Assembly (NCBI GenBank): GCA_965205015.1
Contig: OZ242029.1
Location: 4,512,001 to 4,576,000 of the forward strand
Length of the DNA: 64,000 nt
Direction: 5' to 3'
Source of the DNA: Candidatus Poribacteria bacterium
GTDB lineage: Bacteria > Poribacteria > WGA-4E > WGA-3G
The first letter of the stretch is position 1. Every line of letters starts with the position of its first letter. Shown here piece after piece: positions 39,377 through 49,435 of the stretch. The notes beneath the pieces are model-generated. The model was not told the DNA's origin. It ran no database searches and saw only the letters and a program-made list of their open reading frames with translations. Position numbers and translations under genes: made by a program.

Positions 39377-40183
39377 ATGAACAGCCCAAAAGCGATAACC
39401 CCACGTTCCGAAAGTAAGAAGTTACTGTCTCTACCGACACGGCAAGCGGAGCAACTCTTTCAAAGTTACGAGAAGCAACAGCAATTGGATATTCTCAGCG
39501 CAACTCGCAACCCGAGGTCTCGAGAGAAACTCTACTATCTCGTGCCCGATTGTACTGAACTCATCCAGGCAAGTCCGACTGAAGATGTACTCCAAGTTTT
39601 GGATACCATGCTCGGCACAGGACTCGCTTCAGTGCTATTGCCATGCCTCTCAAATGAGCAATTTGAGGAGCTGCTGGATATTGCTGTCTGGCGCGATGGC
39701 AAACTCGATGAAGAGTCGTTGGATCTCTGGCTTTTTGAACTTTCTGAATGTGAACGAGACGATCTGGGACGGCTTCTCAGAGAGCTTGATATCCGTTTGT
39801 TGGCAGCACTCCTCCACAGTCGGGTCACACTTCAGGATCTCCACAGTGGGATGCTGCTTGAAGCTGGGTATCTCGATCCGAGTTCCCCAGCGATTGATTA
39901 TGTAGATGAACGCGCTCGGGCGATTTGTAATGCTATCTGGGAAGCAGATGATGAAGTTTTTCTGATCCTTATCAAGGAACTCTTCGCAATTGATACAGAG
40001 GGTGATGTTGATGCCGAACTCGCCGCCGCTTTCGACGCTGTACAGGCCGACAGAGCACAACGCGTCGCAGCGCGTGATAAAGAAGCCGGTATTGATGTTA
40101 CGGAAGCTGATCTCACAGAGAAGGTCGATTTAGAGTCGCTTACACTTGATGACGATGAGGATGACTATGACGAAGACGAATAG
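39377..40183 (+). CDS. DUF6178-like protein, N-terminal part, with acidic tail
   Basis: LSNEQFEELLDIAVWRDGKLD..LDLWL resembles the DUF6178 N-terminus. Confidence 0.55.
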   Translation: MNSPKAITPRSESKKLLSLPTRQAEQLFQSYEKQQQLDILSATRNPRSREKLYYLVPDCTELIQASPTEDVLQVLDTMLGTGLASVLLPCLSNEQFEELLDIAVWRDGKLDEESLDLWLFELSECERDDLGRLLRELDIRLLAALLHSRVTLQDLHSGMLLEAGYLDPSSPAIDYVDERARAICNAIWEADDEVFLILIKELFAIDTEGDVDAELAAAFDAVQADRAQRVAARDKEAGIDVTEADLTEKVDLESLTLDDDEDDYDEDE

Positions 40184-41129
40184 ATTCGCTCTCGTCGCTG
40201 AGGCACAACTTGACGGACGACTTTTCCTCGCACAAGCCTTAGCGCATGGAGACACCTTTGGTGGTATTCCGCATGAACAGGCAGAGGCACTCTATCAGAG
40301 TATAGCCGCCATTGCCCACAAACTCATTACAATGAAGACGGCAGACCTCTCCGATCAATCGGGACTACGGACGCAGATTCAGACTGCTTTCACGCTCATC
40401 AGTCTTGGATTGGAGTATGGCAGCAAGGGCGATTTTGACAAGGCGGTTCGACTCCTCCGCAAAAACCGAGCCGTCAAATTTTTCCAAATCGGGAACACAC
40501 TGACCGAAAAATTGTTGGACAGAGTGCGCCAGCTCCTGCAAGACGGGGTAATTCTACCTCCTGATATGGATGAGGAACATGTTCTCGGCGCCACCTATAC
40601 TGACCTTGAAACAGAAGGTATCCAGATTTATACCCAAGCGGAACACGAATTCTTAAAGGCGTTATTGACTTATAGAACCACGATTCGGTCGCTTCAAATA
40701 ACGATCAGAGATACGGATGTTCCCCGAGTGCTTACCCATTTGGCTGAAGTCAATATGATCGATCAGCAGTTGGCGTGCATCGAAAATCGCTGCCACTATG
40801 TAAAAGCCTTACCACTGGAGAATCTATTCGCTCTGGATCCACCCCTCAGCATCTTCCCCAATCCTATTGAACACCTCACTCTCGGATTGATAGTCAATCT
40901 TGTCCTGTATCGCCAAGTTGATTTTCAATTAGATAACGACACACGGCAGGATTTCTACAAGTTGGCTTATGTGGATGGCGAGATTCGGCACTCCCTCCGG
41001 CAGCAGTTACTTGACTGGATAGCGCAGTACCTTGAGCAAACGCACCAACCTGAACCTGTGAAAACGTATGCTGTCTCTTATTGGGATGAGTGTCTCCGAA
41101 TGGAGGGAACGAAAGTTGCCGCTGACTAA
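40167..41129 (+). CDS. DUF6178-like protein, C-terminal part
   Basis: LISLGLEY.S.GD..KA..LL......FFQIG. Confidence 0.5.
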   Translation: MTKTNRFALVAEAQLDGRLFLAQALAHGDTFGGIPHEQAEALYQSIAAIAHKLITMKTADLSDQSGLRTQIQTAFTLISLGLEYGSKGDFDKAVRLLRKNRAVKFFQIGNTLTEKLLDRVRQLLQDGVILPPDMDEEHVLGATYTDLETEGIQIYTQAEHEFLKALLTYRTTIRSLQITIRDTDVPRVLTHLAEVNMIDQQLACIENRCHYVKALPLENLFALDPPLSIFPNPIEHLTLGLIVNLVLYRQVDFQLDNDTRQDFYKLAYVDGEIRHSLRQQLLDWIAQYLEQTHQPEPVKTYAVSYWDECLRMEGTKVAAD

Positions 41130-41131
41130 TC

Positions 41132-41803
41132 TCAGCGATCTGCCAATCCTTTCTTGGCGTCCGAAATTGCCTTGCGGGCTTGGGGCGTACCGATGTCATT
41201 CAGGGCGCGTTCTGCCATACGGCGGAGGTCAGAGTTAGGCGAATTCAGTGCCACGGTGAGCGGGTCAACCGCAGGCGTCCCGATTGTAGCCAAGGCGCGT
41301 ACAACAAGACGCCGGACGTTCCATTCCGGATCTGTCAGTGTGTTGATGAGTGCAGGTAAAATTGTGTCAAGCGGTGTCCCGATTTCACCTAACGCATACG
41401 CGGCATTCAGTCGGATTTCTGCTGCGTCTGCTGTTAAAGCATCAATGAGATACGGCACGGCAGGTTCACCGACATTTTGTAGGGCAACAGAACCGACTAC
41501 ACGGATGTTTTCATCGGGATCCGCCAGCACAGAGATAAGGGCAGGTACAATGCGGGCAGCAGGGGTTTTGATTTCGCTGAGCGTCCACGCCGACATCTCA
41601 CGAATCTGCGGATTTTCATTGGATAACCCGTCAATGAGTGCCCCAACCGCCTCGGGTCCCATTTTGACTAATGCTTCGGAGGCTTCGGTGCGACGTACAG
41701 CCGCTCTGTCACCAAGTTGATTGACAAGCGTTTTAATGTGTTGTTCTTGGGACTGGCATGCTATCAGACACAGGAAAATGGGAAGTAAAAAAAAACGTTT
41801 CAT
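41132..41803 (-). CDS. HEAT-repeat lipoprotein
   Basis: Lipobox LIAC; repeated L.D.D..VR..A..AL..IG. Confidence 0.85.
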   Translation of the reverse strand: MKRFFLLPIFLCLIACQSQEQHIKTLVNQLGDRAAVRRTEASEALVKMGPEAVGALIDGLSNENPQIREMSAWTLSEIKTPAARIVPALISVLADPDENIRVVGSVALQNVGEPAVPYLIDALTADAAEIRLNAAYALGEIGTPLDTILPALINTLTDPEWNVRRLVVRALATIGTPAVDPLTVALNSPNSDLRRMAERALNDIGTPQARKAISDAKKGLADR

Positions 41804-41901
41804 AGGGTATGAGTATAGCATTATTTTTGGCTTTTTGCAACTAACAACTGTCAAAGGAGAAGCACGGGGTTCGCCATAGTGCGAAAACCGTCAATAGAGA
41901 G

Positions 41902-42441
41902 ATGAAATTAGAAACAGCGACGTTTGGAGCAGGGTGTTTTTGGTGTGTGGAGGCAGTCTTTCTGCAATTACAGGGTGTTCACACGGTCGTCTCCGGGTAC
42001 ACCGGCGGCACCACCGTCAATCCAACGTATGAAGCGGTGTGTATGGGAATGACGGGCCACGCCGAAGTGGCTCAGATTCAGTTCGATCCGGACATTATCT
42101 CCTACGAAACGTTATTGGAAGTTTTTTGGCACACACACGATCCTACGACCTTAAATCGGCAAGGGGCTGATGTCGGGACCCAATACCGTTCAGCAATTTT
42201 CTATCACACGGAGGTGCAACAACGGATCGCCGAAAAATCTAAAACTGAGATGGACGCATCCAATATGTGGGATGCCCCGATTGTGACAGAGATCACTCCG
42301 ATTGATGTCTTTTATCCTGCCGAAGATTACCACCAAAACTATTTCCAAGTGAATCCAAACCAGCTGTACTGCCAATTTGTGATTCACCCAAAGATGCAAA
42401 AGTTCACAAAGGATTTTAAGGATAAACTTAAAGATGGTTAA
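41902..42441 (+). CDS. msrA: peptide-methionine (S)-S-oxide reductase
   Basis: GCFWC, GHAE, DVGTQYRS, AEDYHQNY. Confidence 0.95.
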   Translation: MKLETATFGAGCFWCVEAVFLQLQGVHTVVSGYTGGTTVNPTYEAVCMGMTGHAEVAQIQFDPDIISYETLLEVFWHTHDPTTLNRQGADVGTQYRSAIFYHTEVQQRIAEKSKTEMDASNMWDAPIVTEITPIDVFYPAEDYHQNYFQVNPNQLYCQFVIHPKMQKFTKDFKDKLKDG

Positions 42442-44071
42442 TAAACACATTTTAAAAGCGTATACTGCAATTTATGCCAAAGTCCGAATGTTAAAGCGGA
42501 CAAATACCCGGCGACACCCACTTCTATTGAGCGTTCTCGCGATTATCTTCTCTTTTAGTGCAGGGAGCGTGAGTGCCCAACAGGCGACATCGCCGATTGC
42601 TGTGCCAGTTACAACAGCGAGACGTGGGACGATTGTTTCCACAAAGCAGTACACCGGGCATTTAGAACCGAATGCTGAGGTGAAGGCGTTTGCCAATGTC
42701 CCCGGGAAGATTGTTGCCCTGAGCGCGACTGTTGGGCAAAGTGTGATGAAGGATGATGTGCTGGCAGAAACGGATTCAAGAGAAGCCGTACTTGCCGTGA
42801 TACGTGCAGAATCGGCATTAAGCAGTGCAAAATCCCGATTTACGTCGACGGAAGCAAATGCCCAAGCGGATGTAGAGTCTCAGTTAGCGGTTGCACAGGA
42901 AACATTGATGACAGCACAATCGAACCTTGTGGAGACACAATCGCTCGCTGAAATGCGTGTCCGTAACCAACTCGTGCAGGCAGAAGCGACGTACCAAGCA
43001 GCCGTGGAGACAATTGAAAAATCGAAAACAAACGCAGAACAAGCCTTGGAACGCGCAAGGGTAGAGCGTGATGACGCTAAAGCAGATTATGATCGAAACA
43101 AATCGCTCCACGAGAAGCAGCACATCAGTGATAGCAATTTTGAATCCGTGGAAAAGCGTTTAAGATTGGCAGAAACCCGTTTAGAGGAAACACAGGTTAC
43201 AGCAAGACAATTTGAGGAGGGCTCAACACATCCGTCCGTTGAGAAGGCAAAGGCAGAATTAGCCGTTGCTCGGAAGCTCATGGAGATCCGCAGCTGGGAA
43301 CGCGAGATCGCTTTGTCAGAATCAAAGGTTACCCAAGCACAAGCCGACCTTAACGCTGCGCAGAAACTGGTGAAAGCCAAGTCTTGGGAGCGAGAAATTG
43401 AAATTGCGAGAGCGGCAGTGAGTCAAGCTGAAGAACAACTCAAAATCGCGCAAGAACAGGTGAGTGCTACAACTCTTAAATCTCCAATTGATGGCGTTAT
43501 TGCCACACGCCACTTGAACATGGGAGATTATGCAGGATCCGCCTCCTCACCTACGGGGGAACCCATATTTACGGTCATCGGCGTTAAAGCCCTCAATGCC
43601 ATTTGGAATATGCCTGTCACCGATGCACGTCGTATTCACAGCGGCGGGCTCGTCCTGATTTCTACGAATGCTGACATTCGGAATATCGTCGGCACGATTG
43701 ATTTTATCAGTCCCACGATCAACCGTGAAGACAATACTGTGCTTGTTCATGCCAACGTCCCGAATTCTGTGGGGACCCTCTCTCACACTGGCGGTCTAAG
43801 ACCGGGTGGCACAATCACAGTTTCCGTCAAAACCGGTGAACGGAAAAATGTGCAACTCCTTCCGTTGCATGCAGTCCTGCATATTCAGAATGGGAGCGGA
43901 ACCATCTTCACCGTTGAAGGGAACACGGCACGCCGGGAACAGGTCAGCGTTGGCGCTGTTTACGGGGGTGAGATAGAAATTACCTCGAAACTTGCGGCAG
44001 GGACATTGGTAATTGTTGATAACCAACATCAGTTACAGGATGGAACACCGGTGTCTATCGTTCGGGATTAG
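42434..44071 (+). CDS. RND efflux periplasmic adaptor (MFP) with very long coiled coil
   Basis: VPGKI...VGQ.V..DDVL and LKSPIDGVI lipoyl halves; long helical hairpin. Confidence 0.8.
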   Translation: MVNKHILKAYTAIYAKVRMLKRTNTRRHPLLLSVLAIIFSFSAGSVSAQQATSPIAVPVTTARRGTIVSTKQYTGHLEPNAEVKAFANVPGKIVALSATVGQSVMKDDVLAETDSREAVLAVIRAESALSSAKSRFTSTEANAQADVESQLAVAQETLMTAQSNLVETQSLAEMRVRNQLVQAEATYQAAVETIEKSKTNAEQALERARVERDDAKADYDRNKSLHEKQHISDSNFESVEKRLRLAETRLEETQVTARQFEEGSTHPSVEKAKAELAVARKLMEIRSWEREIALSESKVTQAQADLNAAQKLVKAKSWEREIEIARAAVSQAEEQLKIAQEQVSATTLKSPIDGVIATRHLNMGDYAGSASSPTGEPIFTVIGVKALNAIWNMPVTDARRIHSGGLVLISTNADIRNIVGTIDFISPTINREDNTVLVHANVPNSVGTLSHTGGLRPGGTITVSVKTGERKNVQLLPLHAVLHIQNGSGTIFTVEGNTARREQVSVGAVYGGEIEITSKLAAGTLVIVDNQHQLQDGTPVSIVRD

Positions 44072-44142
44072 TCTTATTCGCTTACGATAGGTTGTCAATT
44101 CTCAACGGGTTGCAGTCCAGTATTATAGGCTTTTGGGTCCGT

Positions 44143-46770
44143 TTAGAGAGATGCCGAGATCGTCCAATAGCCTTCTCCTTCATACTTTGTGCGCCCATGC
44201 TTATCAGAGAGTGTCCCCGATGGGCTCAAGTCTCCCAGAGCATCGCGGCAACGCCTTTTTATAATTTCGTCAGATTCCTTTCCACCACGCTCTCTATACA
44301 CATCAAGGACCTGTTCGTAGATTTCGTCTCTATGGACAGTCTGACCTGTGAATAATTCCTTCAAGAGGTCTCGAATTATCTCCGTAAGAGACCTCACCTT
44401 AGCGTTAGCGCGTGTGGGTTTAGCGGCGGAATCTACCTCGCCATCTTCTTTAGCGATTGTGCTGTCATTTTCAGTCGCTTCTGCGAATTGCTTTGATTGG
44501 ATTCGGAAATTCCAGAAAGCATCTTGGAAAGCACGCAGCATATTTCTTTCATCTTCCATGAAATCATAAGTTGGATTATTTTGATCTCTAATAAGTTGGG
44601 CAATACCCTCTTCAAGTGCCGTAATTCCATATTCCTCCGCGAACTGCAGAGCAAGATTGTATTTGTTCTGGTAATCCTCTTGGTCTTCAAATACTGGAGA
44701 TTCCAGTTCTTCCGCCTCGAATACTGGAGATTCCCAATCTAAGTCTGCAGTGCTCGGTTCGTTAACCGTTTGCAAAGTCGTGTTTGCGGTAGCGAAGTTG
44801 TTGGCGGCGCGCTGTCGTAAAGCATTGAATGCACTCATGCCCCTTTGAGGCCACACATCAGGAGTGGGTGGTGTAATTTCACTCCGTTCTGTTTCTGTTA
44901 TAGGTTGCATGTCGCTGTCTTTTTCAGGGGTTTTGAAATACTTTTTGCGGATGTTGCCTTCGCGTAATATTTGTTCACTGCCTATATTCAGTTTCTCCAA
45001 TATTCTTTCCCAAATTTGATCAATGGAATACTCAAGTTGGAACGTTCGAAACTCCGCCGTTTCTTTTTTCAATTCCTCTCCATTACGATAAATTTCCGAT
45101 TCCTCCAATTCCCTTGGCACAGGTGATAAGAAGGGCGTTATAATACCTTTTCCATCTCGTTCAAGGAAACCTAACTCCTCAAAGATAGCAAGACCTGTCT
45201 CAATGCCCATTTCTACCATATCCAACGCATTATAAACTTCTTCACGCTTAACAAAACCACCGTTTGCTGTTGCGAGTTTTTTCAATTCTCTGTAACCCCC
45301 TCTCAACTCTTCCTCATCTGGATACTTTTGGGCTAACAATTGGTCCAATCCTTCAATGTCTTTTTCATTATTGTAAATGAGATGTAAGTAAGCATTCTTT
45401 TCTGATGTAAAAGCAGGTTGGCATCGTTTGAAAAATTCATCTAAACCAGGAACAATGTGACAAAAAACAAAGTGTTCAAGATAGTGGGCCGATGTCAACA
45501 TGGAAAATGTAGTATTTGAAATAACAGCAATTAATTCTCCCCTTTCAAGTTTTTCCAAAATCTCTGTTTCTTCTGCCTCAGAGGTTTGTTCATCATGCTT
45601 TCCAATAATCTCTGCTTTCTCTGAACCAACGAGTTTCAATAACTGATCAATTTTCTCTTCACTTTGAACATAAATGATAGTCGGTTTTTTCTGTTCCAGC
45701 AGCTCTAAAAGATAGGTGGATTTATTTGTGCCTCGACGGTCGAATATTCGGACAGTAGCGTCAGTGCCGAGAGATGGAAACACCGTTTGATCATCGATTG
45801 CTACTGTGGTTAGTAGATTCCGTGCGACTGTCAGGTATTTCTCAGAAGCATTTTGCTCGACTTGCACCGATGCAAGTTCATTTGATGTGGCAGTGAGGCG
45901 TTCTTCAAAGGTACTCCGTTCGACTTTCACTGATTCTAATTCTTCCGATATGGTTTCGAGATGTTTCTTATGATCAGTTCGCTCTGCTTCTGCTGCTGCC
46001 AGTTTATTTTTCGTATCTTTTAATTCCTTTGACGTAGTTTGGAGGCGTTCTTTATAGTTAGCTTGTGCCGCTTCGGACTTTTCCAAACGTCGCTTTGTGC
46101 CTGTAAGGTTCTTTTTATATTTGTCGGTTTCTGATCTTGCTTCCTTCAATCGTTTTGATGTAGTTTCAATTTTTAGTGCGTTATCAAGCATCTGTTGTGA
46201 CAACTCCTTCTTGTTGTTTTCATATTCCTGTTTTTCTACTTCTACAGTCTCTAAGTGTTTTTCTGCTTCCTTAAGGGACTTCTGATATTTAGCATTTTCT
46301 GCTTCCACTTTCAGGAGGTGTTCCTTTGTGTCATTAGGAAAGAGTTTGTCTCGAATAGCCTTAACTTCACGGTGTTCGTTCGGTTTATTAATTTTACCGA
46401 GTAGTTCGGCGATGAGGAATAGTTGTGTCCGGGTGAACTCAGGATCCAAATCCCACGGTCGATGTGAAGCTCGGTTTCGCCCCTCCACTATCAGGCCTAT
46501 TGCACTCCGAACTTCGTAGTGGCGATCAATAGCTTCAAATTGTTCCTCAAATGAATCGTACCAGTATGTTCTAACAAGATGCGCAATGTCCCTAATTTCT
46601 ATTTTTTCTTCGATGTCATCCTGTGATGACCATCTCAAGGCATCCGTGATTAATTTTTTTGCTGTTGTGCCCTGAACTTTACCTAAACATTTGCTAACAA
46701 ATTGGTACATGGCATCTAAGTATATATCATTTGCTTGACGAAGGGCATCTCGGTTTGGGTATTTCGGCAT
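44143..46770 (-). CDS. Swt1-family HEPN + coiled coil + RecJ C-terminal-like + winged-helix fusion protein
   Basis: RNRASH (RxxxxH) in a Swt1-like context; heptad region; IFDRRG..K..YL, YPDEEEL, IFEELGF; terminal helical domain ending GYWTI; start at the ATG after GGAGG. Confidence 0.65.
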   Translation of the reverse strand: MPKYPNRDALRQANDIYLDAMYQFVSKCLGKVQGTTAKKLITDALRWSSQDDIEEKIEIRDIAHLVRTYWYDSFEEQFEAIDRHYEVRSAIGLIVEGRNRASHRPWDLDPEFTRTQLFLIAELLGKINKPNEHREVKAIRDKLFPNDTKEHLLKVEAENAKYQKSLKEAEKHLETVEVEKQEYENNKKELSQQMLDNALKIETTSKRLKEARSETDKYKKNLTGTKRRLEKSEAAQANYKERLQTTSKELKDTKNKLAAAEAERTDHKKHLETISEELESVKVERSTFEERLTATSNELASVQVEQNASEKYLTVARNLLTTVAIDDQTVFPSLGTDATVRIFDRRGTNKSTYLLELLEQKKPTIIYVQSEEKIDQLLKLVGSEKAEIIGKHDEQTSEAEETEILEKLERGELIAVISNTTFSMLTSAHYLEHFVFCHIVPGLDEFFKRCQPAFTSEKNAYLHLIYNNEKDIEGLDQLLAQKYPDEEELRGGYRELKKLATANGGFVKREEVYNALDMVEMGIETGLAIFEELGFLERDGKGIITPFLSPVPRELEESEIYRNGEELKKETAEFRTFQLEYSIDQIWERILEKLNIGSEQILREGNIRKKYFKTPEKDSDMQPITETERSEITPPTPDVWPQRGMSAFNALRQRAANNFATANTTLQTVNEPSTADLDWESPVFEAEELESPVFEDQEDYQNKYNLALQFAEEYGITALEEGIAQLIRDQNNPTYDFMEDERNMLRAFQDAFWNFRIQSKQFAEATENDSTIAKEDGEVDSAAKPTRANAKVRSLTEIIRDLLKELFTGQTVHRDEIYEQVLDVYRERGGKESDEIIKRRCRDALGDLSPSGTLSDKHGRTKYEGEGYWTISASL

Positions 46771-46806
46771 GCTCAAGTCTACAACCTCCACATGGATATT
46801 TTCCTT

Positions 46807-46835
46807 AGCATACCATTTTGAGGATTGTTTGTCAA
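46807..46835 (-). promoter_or_regulatory. sigma70-type promoter of the HEPN fusion gene
   Basis: TTGACA-17 nt-TATGCT. Confidence 0.6.
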
Positions 46836-46966
46836 TCAGAATGCAAAGGGGCAAAGGCGAAATTATCAGTGGGTGTGCAAATATTTCGATAGTAGGTTGT
46901 CAGAGATAGGATTTTTTAGGATTTCGGAAGGAGGCGACACACGTTAACAGGTTTCGCAAATTTGAG

Positions 46967-47094
46967 GATATTTTCATAGTTTTCATAGCAAACCGAAAAA
47001 TCAATAAGTGTTGGAAGAGGCGATAAACCCTGATGGGGATTGGATTTTAGACGTTTTTATCAGGAGTTGCTATGAAAGCTGCTATGAAAATGTC
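46967..47094. repeat. MITE-like element with terminal inverted repeats
   Basis: GATATTTTCATAGTTTTCATAGCAA ... TTGCTATGAAAGCTGCTATGAAAATGTC. Confidence 0.55.
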
Positions 47095-47105
47095 ACACCG
47101 AGGGA

Positions 47106-48233
47106 TTATGTTCTTCCTAACACATACACCCGAATCTGTTCCCATTTCCTTTTGGACCGATGCGTCGCAACCCGCCTTTTAAAGAGCGTATCTTCTTTAA
47201 AGCCAGCGTCAGCGCTGATCGTTTCCAAATTCGCAATCGCCTTCGGTCCTGAGGCGTCCGCATATCCCAACAAAATAACACCATCAGGTTTTAAGAAAGT
47301 GGAGACCTGCGCAAAAAAACGTTTTACCGTCTCCTGTTTCTCATCGTGAATAGCGAGTTCTGCTCGGTTACGCACACGGGCAACAACCCACGGGGCATTG
47401 AAAATAATTACATCGAATCGATGCGAAGGAAACGGATCAAACAGGTCGCCAGCGGTCATGACGTGGACAGTGCCTGAATCAGGGAGAAGGCGTTGAAGAT
47501 TGAGTTTCGTTGTTGCTACCGCTTCAGGGAGTAGATCCGATGCGTATAGTTCAATCTGTTCTCCCAATTCCTGTCGTGCCAACAAGGTTAAACACCCACT
47601 TCCACATCCGATGTCAGCAACCGTAGAGGGACTGGACGCACGAACATGCTGGAGTGCCTCTTGAAAGCACTCGATTGTCTCTTGCGAGCGTGGGGCAAGG
47701 ACGTTTTCAGAAGCGACAAGAGAGGCGTTGAGGGCACGGATAGGATAGGTATCCGCTAACGCGTGTTGAATTTGTTGGATCTTTGTCAGGGATAGAAGGA
47801 ACGGTTTCCCTCGGTTCGCTTCCGCGGGTTCCCCAGCAAGTTCTAAGAGATACGGTAGAACGGGAGCACTTTCAGCCTGTAAAATTCCATCGGCATCTGC
47901 CCAACACATCAGTCTCGCTAAGGCTTCCCTCGACGCATGACTTGCGGACTTCCCGCGCGAATCTCTCCGACCTCGTTTTCTGGTATCACGCTGCGGTTGT
48001 TGAATCAAATCCTGTTTGTGGCGTTGGATGTACTCCATCAGTGTCGTGATCTGTTCCCATTTTCCCTCCACAACAGCAACACCCCCGTGTCGGATGTGGG
48101 TGAAGATGCGATTGAGGTGTCCTAATTCTTGATGCGAGAACAGTTTGGCGCGTGCGCGCGCGAAAACCGCGCCCCGGCACTCAGCAGGGACATAGAGTTC
48201 ACCGATGTTACCAATGGAATAGAAGGATTTCAT
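47106..48233 (-). CDS. class I SAM methyltransferase (HemK/MTS-like)
   Basis: DIGCGSG, GDLF, FNAPW (NPPW-like). Confidence 0.8.
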   Translation of the reverse strand: MKSFYSIGNIGELYVPAECRGAVFARARAKLFSHQELGHLNRIFTHIRHGGVAVVEGKWEQITTLMEYIQRHKQDLIQQPQRDTRKRGRRDSRGKSASHASREALARLMCWADADGILQAESAPVLPYLLELAGEPAEANRGKPFLLSLTKIQQIQHALADTYPIRALNASLVASENVLAPRSQETIECFQEALQHVRASSPSTVADIGCGSGCLTLLARQELGEQIELYASDLLPEAVATTKLNLQRLLPDSGTVHVMTAGDLFDPFPSHRFDVIIFNAPWVVARVRNRAELAIHDEKQETVKRFFAQVSTFLKPDGVILLGYADASGPKAIANLETISADAGFKEDTLFKRRVATHRSKRKWEQIRVYVLGRT

Positions 48234-48266
48234 TTAAAAATAGTAGGCACGCGCCCGTTCATACAC

Positions 48267-49346
48267 CTAAGAGATTGGGACAATCTCGCCCGTTTTGACC
48301 GATTCCGCTTCCTTATAGCAGAGCAGCAACGCATCTCTCGCACCGACACCCGACAGTGCGGACGGTTCCTCTTCCCAGTCAATCGCGTCAACGGCGTATT
48401 GAAGTTCACCCGTGAAGGCATCAATCGGGTCAACCTCTCCTAAATCGACCTGTTCCACTTCACCTTCATCGTTGAGAAGTGTCAGTGGCACTGCAGTAGC
48501 GGCTTCACCGGCTACTGTTGAAAAGTCATAAAGGAGTGTTGCTTTTTCGAGATAGATTTCAAACCCGTGCGAGAAAGCGCGTCCGCGTTGTGAGACGGCT
48601 CCAGACGAACAACTCACAGAGAGTTCCTTATCGTTATAGATGTATTGGGTCGTCAAGTAATCGACATAAGTGCCGCTGGCGAGTTTGCCTTGTGAAAATA
48701 CTGCGTCTGGGACACCACAGAGTAGCTGAATGAAATGGGTATCGTGGATGTGCAAGTCGATGCCGGGACCGCCACTCTTTTCGATGTCGGCAACATCTCG
48801 TGACCAGCTCGGTTTGGAGATAATCCGCTTGAAATGTGCACCGAGGAGTTTACCGTATTTTCCCTCTTCCACTACCCGTTTCGCATAAGCGTATTCAGCG
48901 AAGAAGGGTAGCACATGTGCGACCATCAGGAAACACGGACCTTCATTGGCGGCTTTCCGCGCGGCACCCGTCTTTTCTGCGAGTTCAACGAGTTCATTGG
49001 CATCGTCAATAGAGATAGAAATCGGTTTTTCGACGAGGGTATGTTTTCCCGCTTCAAGGGATGCCATACTCACCGGTTTGTGCAAATGTGTCGGCAGACA
49101 AATATCGACCAATTCTACTTCGTCATCAGCGAGAAGTTCGTCAATCTCACTATATTTTCGGACATCTGAGAGATCCTCCATGCCACCTCGGGGTCCGAAA
49201 TTCCCTTGAATGTCCGTCCAATCGCCAGCGAGTTTCTTTGGATCCCGTGTGCAGATGGCAACCACTTCGGCACCCGTAATTCGCTGAATGGCGTAGTAGT
49301 GAATCATACCCATAAATCCGATACCGACGATTCCGATTTTTGTCAT
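48267..49346 (-). CDS. Gfo/Idh/MocA family oxidoreductase
   Basis: GIGFMG, ICLPTHLH, VEKP, DLHIHD. Confidence 0.9.
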   Translation of the reverse strand: MTKIGIVGIGFMGMIHYYAIQRITGAEVVAICTRDPKKLAGDWTDIQGNFGPRGGMEDLSDVRKYSEIDELLADDEVELVDICLPTHLHKPVSMASLEAGKHTLVEKPISISIDDANELVELAEKTGAARKAANEGPCFLMVAHVLPFFAEYAYAKRVVEEGKYGKLLGAHFKRIISKPSWSRDVADIEKSGGPGIDLHIHDTHFIQLLCGVPDAVFSQGKLASGTYVDYLTTQYIYNDKELSVSCSSGAVSQRGRAFSHGFEIYLEKATLLYDFSTVAGEAATAVPLTLLNDEGEVEQVDLGEVDPIDAFTGELQYAVDAIDWEEEPSALSGVGARDALLLCYKEAESVKTGEIVPIS

Positions 49347-49435
49347 CGCTCAACCCCTATTTATGAAGAAGGCACAGGTATCGATCCGTTTTCAGGGGGA
49401 TGCCTATGCCGTTGAGATTTTACGTGAGACCGCGT

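Noticed and set aside
42434-44071. Complete RND efflux system
   Set aside because: Only the adaptor subunit is present; no transporter or outer-membrane factor is adjacent.
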